Shown piece after piece: positions 12,935-22,346 of a DNA stretch of 64,000 bases; positions within the stretch are counted from its first letter, which is position 1; each line of letters opens with the position of its first letter. Location: NCBI GenBank assembly GCA_900314795.1, contig OMWP01000001.1, forward strand, positions 16,265-80,264, read 5' to 3'. Made by a program: the position numbers and the translations under genes. Origin of the DNA: an uncultured Eubacteriales bacterium. GTDB lineage: Bacteria > Bacillota > Clostridia > Oscillospirales > Acutalibacteraceae. The notes below the pieces were generated by a model. That model did not search any database. It saw only the letters and a list, made by a program, of their open reading frames with translations, and was not told where the DNA came from.

Positions 12935-13182
12935 ACTGATCACTGACCACTGACAACTAACCACTGATCACTAACCACTAACCACTGACCCCTGACCACT
13001 AACCACTGACCACTGATCACTAACCACTAATCACTGACCACTGACCACTGACCACTAACCACTGACCACTAACCACTGACCACTGACCACTAACCACTAA
13101 CCACTGACCACTGACCACTAACCACTGACCACTAACCACTGACCACTAACCACTAACCACTGACCACTGACACCTGACCACT
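12935..13182. repeat. Tandem heptamer array (CCACTGA/CCACTAA)n, ~35 units
   Basis: ~250 bp of near-uninterrupted 7-bp units, read directly. Confidence 0.97.
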
Positions 13183-13234
13183 CATCAAAACAGTCCCCCG
13201 AATCAAAATCCGAGGGACTGCAAAAAGTGATGGT

Positions 13235-14746
13235 TTAATAGATGATGACCGGACTGCCGGTGGGGATGCTGTAGTAGATGTTCTGCACCGCGTAATACGG
13301 CGTATTGACGCATCCGTGGGAGCCGTTGCCCTTATAGATCGGGTTGCCGAAGGACGAGCGCCAGCTCGCATCATGGATACCGTAGGAGCTGCCGATGAAC
13401 GCGATCCAGTAGTTGACAAAGGAGCTGTAGCCGGGGCCGTTGAGATAGATATCGGTGGACTTGCTCAAGATCTCATAGTAGCCCTTGGGGGTATCGTTAT
13501 CACCCTTGTTGCCGGTGACGATCTCGGTGGATTCGACCTGTCTGCCGTTCTTGTACGCCCACATATGCTGCTGGTCGATGCTGATCTCGATGTAGGTGTC
13601 GCCGACATAATCGCCGTATGCGGTGGTGGTCACGCGAGCGCTCTTCTTGTTGCTCGTACCCGTCACGGTACCGTCGCGGTCGACATAGATCGGGCGCACG
13701 CGGAAGTAGTAGGTTCTGCCGGGGGTGAGCTTAGTGGTATTATAGTACAGGCGCGGGGTGGTGAACAGCTTGACGAAGGACGAATTGTTCGGGCTGGTGG
13801 AATAATAGACCTCATAATGCGTCGCGTAGGGGTTGGCGTTCCATGTCAGGTTCACTCTGCCCAGACGCGAGGTGATCGAATAATCCGGTCCGCACAGACC
13901 CGCGCGGAACATAATCGAGCCCGCGTCGGAGCTGTAGGAGGTATCGTACAGTTCTCTAAAGCTCTTGACACGATATTTATAGAAGCGGCCTTGGGTCACG
14001 TTGCGATCCGTAAAAGAAGTGTTGCGGTTGCCGCGGATGGTTTTGTAGAGCTTTTCCACACCACCGACGGTGCGGTAGATGCGGTAGCCGGTGGCGCGGT
14101 AGTTGTAATCCCACTCGAGCTCCAGCACATCGGAGGAACGCCACTTGGTCATGCCTGTGACCTTTGAAGGCTGGGTGGCAGTCTTTTTCAGGGTCGGCTC
14201 ACCCTCGATGATCTTGCCCTTGTACTTGATGTAGGCAGAGACCTTGAAGTGATACTGGGTGCCCTGTCGCAGGGGCTTGACGTTGCAGGAATTGGTCTTA
14301 ACGTCGGCGAACTTGGAAAAGTTCTTGTGATCGTCGGCGTTCAAATAATAGACATAGTAGCCGTCGGCGCCCGGGACCTTATCCCAGTTGAGCAGACAGC
14401 GGTCGCTGTCATAGCTGTCACGCGAGATATTCCTGACCTTACCGACGGTCGGTGCGGGTTCTTCGGTAGGCATTTGGGTCGGTGCAACGGTGGGATTCTC
14501 CGTCGGCGCTTCAGATGCCGCTTCAGGCGCGATATCACTCGGCTGAGCGCCTACTACGGCTAGCGCCTGCTGTGTTTCATCTTCCTGTGCCTGTGTCTCA
14601 TGCGCTTTAGCAGGAGCGTTCTCCTCATCCGATGTCACGATGAAGCGATGCGCTTCGGCGGCGGAGAAGCTGACGCTCCCTATCGCGGAGAACACCAGGA
14701 TCAGTGCCAGCACCAAGCTCAGCAGTTTTCGATATTGACCGTTCAT
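13235..14746 (-). CDS. Secreted L,D-transpeptidase (YkuD family) with fibronectin type III-like repeats
   Basis: Signal peptide, Pro/Thr/Ala linker, WxxVPGAxGY FnIII-like repeats, C-terminal IHDA..GSHGCVN (HxxxxxxGSHGC) active site. Confidence 0.9.
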   Translation of the reverse strand: MNGQYRKLLSLVLALILVFSAIGSVSFSAAEAHRFIVTSDEENAPAKAHETQAQEDETQQALAVVGAQPSDIAPEAASEAPTENPTVAPTQMPTEEPAPTVGKVRNISRDSYDSDRCLLNWDKVPGADGYYVYYLNADDHKNFSKFADVKTNSCNVKPLRQGTQYHFKVSAYIKYKGKIIEGEPTLKKTATQPSKVTGMTKWRSSDVLELEWDYNYRATGYRIYRTVGGVEKLYKTIRGNRNTSFTDRNVTQGRFYKYRVKSFRELYDTSYSSDAGSIMFRAGLCGPDYSITSRLGRVNLTWNANPYATHYEVYYSTSPNNSSFVKLFTTPRLYYNTTKLTPGRTYYFRVRPIYVDRDGTVTGTSNKKSARVTTTAYGDYVGDTYIEISIDQQHMWAYKNGRQVESTEIVTGNKGDNDTPKGYYEILSKSTDIYLNGPGYSSFVNYWIAFIGSSYGIHDASWRSSFGNPIYKGNGSHGCVNTPYYAVQNIYYSIPTGSPVIIY

Positions 14747-14891
14747 ACGATCCCTCCTCAAAGATCAAACAACCATTCCGCTGTATGTGGGAAATTGTTC
14801 CTTTTATAAAGTTATTATACCACGGAACATCATCTTTGCAAGAGATAAAACAGAAAAACAGCAGAGAAATCCTCCGCTGTTCTGTCGTATA

Positions 14892-15371
14892 TTATTTCGA
14901 TGATCCTGCCGCGATCGTTTCTTTGAACGCCTCCTGTGATAGGACGTTGTAGGAGGAGGTATCCGCGCCCTCCTTGGCGTAGTAGATCGTCAGGGTTTCC
15001 TTCTCAAAATACAGTTGAAGAATGCTGCCGTCTTTGACAGGGCCGAATAGGGTACGGTTGCTGATCGTGACGTCGATCAGCCCGTTCTCGACCTTCCATC
15101 GCTCGATCGTTCCCTCGTTTTTCTCACTGCTGAGCTTCATCGTACCGGTACCGTCCTCGTTAAGGGTGATCTCGGAGCTGTTGTCACCGAGGTCAACGAG
15201 ATAGTCACGATAATCATCGTGTACCATCGCAAAGGCAGTATACTTGCCGACGTAGTTCAGGCTCTCTCCGGAGGCGGGCTTTGCGGTTGGTTTACCGCCC
15301 GAGCAAGCGCAGAGTGACAGTACCAACAGTATCGAGAGCGCCATAGCGATCACGCGTTTTCTCATTGTCAT
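14892..15371 (-). CDS. Putative lipoprotein, unknown function
   Basis: Lipobox-like LSLCAC after a hydrophobic signal; AGGAGG RBS. Confidence 0.7.
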   Translation of the reverse strand: MTMRKRVIAMALSILLVLSLCACSGGKPTAKPASGESLNYVGKYTAFAMVHDDYRDYLVDLGDNSSEITLNEDGTGTMKLSSEKNEGTIERWKVENGLIDVTISNRTLFGPVKDGSILQLYFEKETLTIYYAKEGADTSSYNVLSQEAFKETIAAGSSK

Positions 15372-15381
15372 CTCTGTCCTC

Positions 15382-16629
15382 CTATCGTTCCGTTACATAT
15401 TCGCGCAGACGCGCGTATTGGATCTCGTCGAGGGTCACTTCGATCTCCACGCCCTCGGCGGTGTATTCTTCGTTGTGGAGCACCGCGGTTTGGCGGAGCT
15501 TTGCGGCGATGCCCGCCTTATCGAACGGCAACAGGAGCTTGACGCGCTTGAGCTTCTTGGGAAGATTCTCTTCGATTGCCTGTAAGAGCTCGTCAATGCC
15601 CGTACCGTATTTTGCAGAGATATGCACCGCGCCGGAGATACCGCTCATATTGTCGGTGAGCAAGTCGCACTTGTTCAGTACGGGGATGATCGGCTTGTCC
15701 AGACTCGACAGAGAAGCCAGCAGATCGCGTGTCACCTCGAGGTGCAGGCGGCTTTCTTCACTGCTCGCGTCGCACACATTGAGGATGATATCCGCCTGCG
15801 CCGCTTCCTCCAAGGTTGATTTGAACGCCTCGACCAGATGGTGGGGCAGTCGTCTGACCAGCCCGACGGTGTCGATCAGCATGACCGATACGCCGCAGGG
15901 CAGCTTGAGCGCGCGCGAGGTCGGGTCGAGGGTCGCGAAAAGCTTGTCCTCGCTGAGCACGCCTGCGTCGGTGAGGGTGTTCATCAAAGTCGATTTGCCC
16001 GCGTTGGTATAGCCGACGATGGCGACCGTGATGACGTTGTCCTTACTGCGGCGGGAGCGCAGCTGTCTGCGGTGCTCCTCCACATCGCGGAGCTGTTCCT
16101 TGAGGGTCTCCATCCTGCGCTTGATATGACGGCGGTCGGTCTCGAGCTTGCTCTCACCGGGGCCGCGGGTGCCGATACCGCCGCCCAAACGCGACATCTC
16201 GATACCCTTACCGGTCAGGCGGGGCATCATGTATTTGAGCTGGGCGAGCTCGACCTGGATCTTGCCCTCGCGCGATCTCGCGCGCAGGGCGAAAATATCG
16301 AGGATCAGCATGGTGCGGTCGATGACGCGCACGTCGGTCGCCGCCTCGATGTTGCGGATCTGGACGGGCGACAGCTCCAGATCGAAGATGATCAGGTCGA
16401 TGTCCTCCCTTTCGCAATAGTCCTTGATCTCGTCCAGCTTACCCGAGCCGACGCAGGTGGCGGGATCGATATGCTGGAGCTTTTGGGTGATGGACGCGAC
16501 AGGCTGGGCGCCTGCGCTTTCGGCAAGCTCAAAGAGTTCGTTGAGCGACGCCTCGGCGTCATAATCGCCTGTATCCGCTTCCACCAGCAGCGCGCGGGTC
16601 GGCTGAGTTTCGGTGATCGTCATTTCCAT
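15382..16629 (-). CDS. hflX: GTPase HflX (probable start 16629)
   Basis: GIGTRGPGESKLETDRR, VGYTNAGKST, LFATLDPT, DTVG, NKCD. Confidence 0.96.
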   Translation of the reverse strand: MEMTITETQPTRALLVEADTGDYDAEASLNELFELAESAGAQPVASITQKLQHIDPATCVGSGKLDEIKDYCEREDIDLIIFDLELSPVQIRNIEAATDVRVIDRTMLILDIFALRARSREGKIQVELAQLKYMMPRLTGKGIEMSRLGGGIGTRGPGESKLETDRRHIKRRMETLKEQLRDVEEHRRQLRSRRSKDNVITVAIVGYTNAGKSTLMNTLTDAGVLSEDKLFATLDPTSRALKLPCGVSVMLIDTVGLVRRLPHHLVEAFKSTLEEAAQADIILNVCDASSEESRLHLEVTRDLLASLSSLDKPIIPVLNKCDLLTDNMSGISGAVHISAKYGTGIDELLQAIEENLPKKLKRVKLLLPFDKAGIAAKLRQTAVLHNEEYTAEGVEIEVTLDEIQYARLREYVTER

Positions 16630-16764
16630 AGTATTCTCCCAAGCAAAAAAATTTGCAATCCTTTTGTTCAATCGCTATAATAGGATATTATATCGAAACT
16701 CCGCCAAAAAAGCAAGGCGCGGCGCGCCGCTTTTTCTTACTCTATGTTACGTACTGCTGTCGGT

Positions 16765-16945
16765 TAGGGTGACAGGAATAATCCGAACCTGCTGAAAATG
16801 GCAATATTTCGGCAATTTTCGGCTTATCAATCTTGGCAGGCGCCAGCCTGCCTGCACTTCCCTGACGGGTTCGCGAGGATTTTAACAATGGGCAGGCGGA
16901 AATATGCCCGTCAAAACCACGGTTCGGATTATTCCTGTCACCCTA
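16765..16945. mobile_element. MITE-like element with 25-bp perfect terminal inverted repeats, copy 1
   Basis: TAGGGTGACAGGAATAATCCGAACC ... GGTTCGGATTATTCCTGTCACCCTA; near-identical inverted copy at 23805-23987; non-coding. Confidence 0.85.
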
Positions 16946-17614
16946 AGTTTACATTTGTATAGAGATAGATAAAGCACCACGGTGCCTTTTCTTGTGATAC
17001 TGCAACGGGCGCCCGCACTGCCGAAAAGACCGTCACTCACCGTCACTGAGCTCTTGTTTTTCCCATGAACAGTGAGTTTTTGCACAGTGACGGTAAAGGG
17101 AATATCCCCCTTGAGCACCGTCACGTGACGCTGTTCACCGATACTCACAGGCGGTTGATCAACAGCACACAGCTATGACACACAGTCGGATTGTCAGCTA
17201 AACACAGCTATGACACTGACTGCTGATGATTTACGAGGATTTTGACGAAGAGCAGTCGGAACTCTGCCGCTGTCAACCAATGGGGGGTTCAACTCTCTTC
17301 ATCCTATCAACGATCAACAACACACAGCGATCATTCATACAGGCTGTTTATCAACAATACCGCGATGTTTGTATCCACCACAATCAAATCGCCTCGTCCC
17401 CGACCGCGGATCGCTAACGCTGTTCACCGTCATGTGACGGTAAATCAGCCGATCGTCTCCATGACCGTCACCCCTCATTAAGCCACTGTTTATGCGGGTT
17501 TATGAGATTTAGTGACGATAAGTGACAGTATTTCGGGGAGTGCGGACGCGTGTATCCCGCCTCTCACAACCGTTCACCAATAAACTTCCCCGGTACAAGC
17601 ACGAAAGTGACTGC

Positions 17615-17938
17615 CTATATCAATAAGTACACCAGCGCCAGCATCAGGTTCATATCGGCGCCGTCCCTCATCAGCATGACGAGGAGCAGCAGGATCAGGC
17701 TTTGATCCTGATCCTTCAAAAAGACGTCGAGCAAACTGTTTGGCTTTTTTTCAGCTATCTGTGACATTGGCTCAGCATGCGGCGGCGGTTCCGTGGGCTT
17801 GGACGATTCGGACTGTTCGACAACAGGTGCGGATTCGGGCTTTTTTACAGTTTCATGTTTGGGCGCGGGACGGTCAAAGGACGCGTACATCCGCCTGACC
17901 CGATCCATCGCCTCCTGTTCAAGTGAATTTGACGGCAT
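17615..17938 (-). CDS. Small hypothetical protein (Pro/Glu-rich middle, hydrophobic C-terminus)
   Basis: MPSNSLEQEAMDRVRRMY...DQDQSLILLLLVMLMRDGADMNLMLALVYLLI; AAGGTG RBS. Confidence 0.65.
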   Translation of the reverse strand: MPSNSLEQEAMDRVRRMYASFDRPAPKHETVKKPESAPVVEQSESSKPTEPPPHAEPMSQIAEKKPNSLLDVFLKDQDQSLILLLLVMLMRDGADMNLMLALVYLLI

Positions 17939-18081
17939 GGTATCACCTTGATGATAGGGCGGACGCTGTCCGCACCTGAATATAAGCGGGAGGAGCATTC
18001 CTCGGCGGAGACGCCTTTCTCTCGGCGAGAACGGCAACCCTTTTGTCCGCTTTGCGGACATTTCCCCTAACAGGGGAATCT

Positions 18082-18163
18082 CCCACTGTCACTTCGTGAC
18101 GTCTCCCCAACGGGGAGCACCCCCCACTGTCACTTCGTGACGTCTCCCCAACGGGGAGCACCC
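18082..18163. repeat. Exact 41-bp tandem duplication within a REP-like hairpin cluster
   Basis: CCCACTGTCACTTCGTGACGTCTCCCCAACGGGGAGCACCC twice (18082-18122, 18123-18163). Confidence 0.9.
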
Positions 18164-18233
18164 CTCCCCTACAATAGACGTTGCAGGGGATTTGCATGGG
18201 AATACCCCTCCCCTACATTTTCATCTATCATCC

Positions 18234-18575
18234 TCACAGATCAAACAACGGCAGATCCTTGATCAACGGCATGAGCTTCATCACCTTGATCAGGCGCTTG
18301 GCGCGGTCGAGCTTTTGCTGTCGCTCTTCGCTGAGAAACGGGCGCATCGCGTCGAGCAGGCGGGTGGTATCGTCCTCCTGCCTGAGGGTGCCGAGCATCG
18401 GCATGAGCTTCATCATCTGAGCGGCGGTATCATCGGGCGGGGTCGGATCGGGGCGCACATCCTCTTTATGTACGCCCGGCGATTCCACGCCGAGCTGTGA
18501 GGCAAGCGCCGCGATATCCCGCATCGCCTCGGGGTCGTTGAGGATCCCGCTGAGCTTTTCGGAGAGATCGTCCAT
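18234..18575 (-). CDS. Hypothetical protein
   Basis: 113-aa ORF (MDDLSEKLSGILNDPEAM...LLDAMRPFLSEERQQKLDRA) with host-like codon use; its start overlaps the stop of the upstream ORF. Confidence 0.75.
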   Translation of the reverse strand: MDDLSEKLSGILNDPEAMRDIAALASQLGVESPGVHKEDVRPDPTPPDDTAAQMMKLMPMLGTLRQEDDTTRLLDAMRPFLSEERQQKLDRAKRLIKVMKLMPLIKDLPLFDL

Positions 18576-18808
18576 CAGCCCATAATCCTCTTGATGATGG
18601 CTTTCGCCTGCGGTGAATTGAGAAACTCCTTCGCCTTATCCTCGTCGTTGAGGATCTCTTCCATCTGACGCGCCTTGTCGGACGGGAGCTTATTGAGCAG
18701 CTTTGCGTAGCTCGAATTGTTGACCGCGCTCTTGATCTCGTTTTCGGGCGTACCCATGCGCTCGCTGATTTTCTTGATCAATATATCGATTTGCTGATTG
18801 TCAGCCAT
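18575..18808 (-). CDS. Hypothetical protein
   Basis: 77-aa ORF with GAGGTG RBS, coupled to the next ORF. Confidence 0.7.
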   Translation of the reverse strand: MADNQQIDILIKKISERMGTPENEIKSAVNNSSYAKLLNKLPSDKARQMEEILNDEDKAKEFLNSPQAKAIIKRIMG

Positions 18809-18832
18809 ACTTTCACCTCATAATTATCATAT

Positions 18833-18905
18833 TGTCATTGCGAGGAGGAACTTTTGTTCCGACGTGGCAATCTCAACCTTAACGACTGCGCCCCTCGCAA
18901 TGACG
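18833..18905. repeat. REP-like element family B (GTCATTGCGAGG ... GTGGCAATCTC ... CCTCGCAATGAC)
   Basis: 12-bp perfect terminal IR; related halves at 21650-21695, 24123, 31177-31214 and 33822-33872, and a variant at 34676-34788. Confidence 0.75.
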
Positions 18906-18955
18906 ATTGGTAATAAAACATCATTAATAGTATAGTATGCAGTTAGGAGAAAAAT

Positions 18956-19417
18956 ATGAAAATAATTGTTGTATCCGACACCCACGGCTCGTACAGAAAT
19001 TTTAAAAAGGTCATGCAGCTCAACCAAAATGCCGATATCGTCGTGCACTGCGGCGACAGCCGTGACGAGGTCGACAGGATCAAGACGGAATACCCCGACA
19101 AAACCTATTACACGGTCAAGGGTAACTGTGATTTTGAGATGTTGCCGATCGTGGAGGAGTTCACCGTGGACGGTGTGCGGTTCATGGCGACGCACGGGCA
19201 TATCTACAACGTCAAATACGGTCTGTTCGACATCGACAGAGCCGCCCGAGAAAAGCAGGCGGATATCGTGCTGTACGGTCATACGCATATCGCGGATGAT
19301 ACCGTCAGAGACGGCGTGCGGTTCTTCAACCCCGGCTCACTGGGCTACGGCAAGAGCTTCGGCGTGATCGAGATCAAGGACGGACAGGTGCTGACGAATA
19401 TTGCGTATTTGAAATGA
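18956..19417 (+). CDS. YfcE/YsnB-family metallophosphoesterase
   Basis: VSDTHG, VHCGD, VKGNCD, THGH, YGHTH, NPGS motifs. Confidence 0.92.
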   Translation: MKIIVVSDTHGSYRNFKKVMQLNQNADIVVHCGDSRDEVDRIKTEYPDKTYYTVKGNCDFEMLPIVEEFTVDGVRFMATHGHIYNVKYGLFDIDRAAREKQADIVLYGHTHIADDTVRDGVRFFNPGSLGYGKSFGVIEIKDGQVLTNIAYLK

Positions 19418-19467
19418 CGCGTGCGCCTTTTTCTTGTGATACTGTAAGGTGCTGAGAAATCAAAAAT

Positions 19468-19725
19468 GCCTTCCCCTCGGGGGGAAGGTGGCTCGGCGTA
19501 TGCCGAGTCGGATGAGGGGCTAACTTATCCGAAAAATCATCTTAACAAAGAGTGCAGAGCACTTCCTCGATCCTCGATGAACTCACAGTCCCACTGAATC
19601 CGCCATTAATTGGAAAAGCAGTCCCCTCATCCGTCTCCCGTCGGTCGACACCTTCTCCTCGCCGGAAGCGGCTCCCCCCTTGTCCTTCGGACATTCCCCC
19701 AACGGGGGCGCCCCGAGGGGAAGGC
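19468..19725. repeat. REP/MITE-like element family A copy
   Basis: Same termini; interior and extra GGAAGCGGCTCCCCCCTTGTCCTTCGGACATTCCCCCAACGGGGGCG block shared with 24135-24392. Confidence 0.85.
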
Positions 19726-19873
19726 TATTTTTGCGGACTTATCCGAAAGGCGAAAAAAGGGTACACGTGCTCCCCGAGGGGAAGGCTTTTTCTTCAACAA
19801 AAAATAACAGTAGCTTTTTTCATTCAACTATGGTATAATGAAGGTTGATAATGGGGATAAAGGCGGTGACGGC

Positions 19874-20731
19874 ATGGATATCAGGCTGCAACACGATAAT
19901 GAAAACGCTGTTCTGGCACTGATCCGTTCGGGTCGTCTGCCGCACACGATCATCCTCGAGGGCGGCGAGCAGGAAGAACGCGACAGCGCCGCGCTGCTGT
20001 TGGCGGCGGGGGCTGTGTGCAGGGAGGAGAATCCTCCGTGCCTGAGCTGTAATCCGTGCCGCAAGGTGCTCGACGGCATCCACCCCGACGTGTTCCGTCC
20101 CGAGCCAAGCAAGCACCTCAAAAGCGGGATCCTCTCGCTCAAGGATCTGCGCGACCACTATCTGGCGCAAATGAGCATCCGTCCCAACGAGGCGGACTGC
20201 AAGGTCTACATCTTCTGTGACGCGGACAAGCTCCTGCGCGAGGATTCGCAGAACGCGCTCTTGAAAACCATTGAGGAGCCGCCGCAGAGCCTTTATTTCA
20301 TCTTCACCGTGCCAAGCGCAAAGAGCCTGCTCTTGACCGTGCGCTCACGCGCGCACATCATCACCCTGCACCGCGAGGATCACAAAAATGAGGATACCGA
20401 AGCGGCCGCCGCACAGTTGATCGACGGCATCGTGTCGCTCTATGAATATGATCTGCTGCACACGCTCTACACCCTCAGCGATAAAGAACGCTTAGAAAGC
20501 ACACTCCGCGTCTTTACAGAGAAGCTGCGGCAGGCGCTGGGCTTTTACAGCGGTGTGATGACCGATGATCCGTCGGTCAAAAAGCTCACCCGCAAGCTCG
20601 ACCGAAGGCGTGTGATCGCGCTGATCGAGATCACCGATGAAGCCGTCAATCGGCTCAAAACCAATGTTAACATCCAGCTGCTGACCACGTGGCTGTCATC
20701 ACAATACAGGAGGATTACATGGCAGAAGTAA
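19874..20731 (+). CDS. holB: DNA polymerase III subunit delta' (HolB-like)
   Basis: GRLPHTIILEG, CLSCNPC zinc motif, HPDV, QNALLKTIEEPP, TVRSRA; upstream of yaaT. Confidence 0.88.
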   Translation: MDIRLQHDNENAVLALIRSGRLPHTIILEGGEQEERDSAALLLAAGAVCREENPPCLSCNPCRKVLDGIHPDVFRPEPSKHLKSGILSLKDLRDHYLAQMSIRPNEADCKVYIFCDADKLLREDSQNALLKTIEEPPQSLYFIFTVPSAKSLLLTVRSRAHIITLHREDHKNEDTEAAAAQLIDGIVSLYEYDLLHTLYTLSDKERLESTLRVFTEKLRQALGFYSGVMTDDPSVKKLTRKLDRRRVIALIEITDEAVNRLKTNVNIQLLTTWLSSQYRRITWQK

Positions 20732-21615
20732 TCGGCGTAAGATTCAAAGAAGGCGGCAAGGTATATTACTTTGACCCCGATAAAAATAAACTGAAGAATG
20801 ATGACGTCGTCATCGTCGAGACCTCCCGCGGTATCGAATGCGGCACCGTCGCGATCGCCAACAAAGAGGTCGCGGATGACGAGATCGTCCATCCCCTGAA
20901 GAAGCTGATCCGCAAGGCGACCAAGGAGGATCGCCGTCGACTGGAGGAGAACAAGCGCAAGGAAAAGGAAGCGCTGAAAATATGCGAGCAGAAGGTCGCG
21001 GAGCATGGGCTCGAGATGAAGCTGGTCGACGTGGAATACACCTTTGATAACTCCAAGATCCTGTTCTACTTCACCGCCGACGGCAGAGTCGATTTCCGCG
21101 CGCTGGTCAAGGATCTCGCCTCTGTGTTCCGCACCCGCATCGAGCTCAGACAGATCGGCGTGCGCGACGAGAGCAAGATGCTCGGAGGCCTCGGCGTATG
21201 CGGCAGACCGTTCTGCTGTTCGTCCTTCCTGGGCGAGTTCCACCCCGTGTCCATCAAGATGGCGAAGGAGCAGGGGCTCTCCCTCTCCCCCACCAAGATC
21301 TCGGGCACCTGCGGACGACTGATGTGCTGTCTGAAATATGAGCAGGACGCCTACACCGACCTGATCAAGCGCACCCCCAAGGTCGGTACACTTGTCAAAA
21401 CGCCGCTGGGCAGAGGTTTAGTCGTCGAGACTAACCTGTTGGCGCGTACGCTCAAGGTCAAGATGGATAACACCCCTGACGACGCCGCGCCTCAGTCCTT
21501 CAAGGTCAAGGAAGTCCGCGTCGTCAAGAACAACTACATCAACAACAAGGGCAACAAAAAGGGCAAGGAAAAAGAACCTGAGAGCGAAGAGCTGAGAAAG
21601 CTCGAGGATAAATAA
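20719..21615 (+). CDS. yaaT: PSP1-domain / stage 0 sporulation protein YaaT (RicT)
   Basis: GVRFKEGGKVYYF, FYFTADGRVDFRALVKDLA, CGRPFCC, ISGTCGRLMCCLKYE. Confidence 0.93.
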   Translation: MAEVIGVRFKEGGKVYYFDPDKNKLKNDDVVIVETSRGIECGTVAIANKEVADDEIVHPLKKLIRKATKEDRRRLEENKRKEKEALKICEQKVAEHGLEMKLVDVEYTFDNSKILFYFTADGRVDFRALVKDLASVFRTRIELRQIGVRDESKMLGGLGVCGRPFCCSSFLGEFHPVSIKMAKEQGLSLSPTKISGTCGRLMCCLKYEQDAYTDLIKRTPKVGTLVKTPLGRGLVVETNLLARTLKVKMDNTPDDAAPQSFKVKEVRVVKNNYINNKGNKKGKEKEPESEELRKLEDK

Positions 21616-21625
21616 CGAATCGTAT

Positions 21626-22336
21626 ATGCGCAATCCTACTGCTTATCGGTTGAGATTGCCACGTCGCGGACGATTGTCCGCTCCTCGCAATGACAATAAA
21701 AAAGGGAAGAGAAGCATGAAAGGGATGGCTCCGGAAAAGAGCCATCCCATTTTTTGCAGGCGTTTTCATTCAATTTGTAGGGGAGCGTTGCAGAGGATTT
21801 GTAGGGGAGCGCCTTTGAGGAGTTGTCCAAATCTTTTGAGGTGCTGTCAAAATCTTGATTTTGGTTACAGCACCCATGCGTTAGCTGATTTGGCTAACAA
21901 CTCCCATGCAACAGCGCTCCATCGTCGTCGCTTGCTGTACTCGGTAGGCATATCCGGTTGGTATGCCTTGACCTCGTATTGCGGTTCCTCCTCTCCCCGA
22001 CACGCGGGGCGTGTCGGGGTCCCCTTTGTCTGCGATTGGCTAAGCGCCACTGTGGTGCTCCCGCGGCAGGGCGTTGGGTCAAGAAGCGCGTCAGTTGAGG
22101 AAAGCAGACGCTTCCGTAGGGACGAGCAATGCTCATCCGCATGGCAGAACATGGTTTTCCTATCTCGCGCTCCCGATAGTGAAAACGCCCGTCATTCTCG
22201 GTACGTCATGAATGCCGTACCCTACGGAGAGATCGATCTGCTCCGCGATTGGTGGCATTATACGGTGGAATGTTTCGGGAGGAGCAAGCCCCTCCCCTAC
22301 AAATCTCTCCGCAAGGAGCTTTGCAATGACCCTTAA
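21626..22336. repeat. ~700-bp intergenic mosaic of REP-like units (GTAGGG / CCCTAC family and family B)
   Basis: gtagggagcg, gtaggggagcg, gtagggacgagcaatgctc, ccgtaccctacgg, cgggaggagcaagcccctcccctac; the same units recur at 12908, 27678, 30818, 30944 and 31282. Confidence 0.75.
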
Positions 22337-22346
22337 CATAAAAGCA

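Noticed and set aside
12935-13182. CRISPR array interpretation of the tandem repeats (also 18082-18163)
   Set aside because: No unique spacers between repeats and no cas genes in the window.
21626-22336. 236-aa ORF spanning the yaaT-sigF intergenic region
   Set aside because: Made of recognisable REP units that recur elsewhere as non-coding DNA; the translation has no protein-like features.
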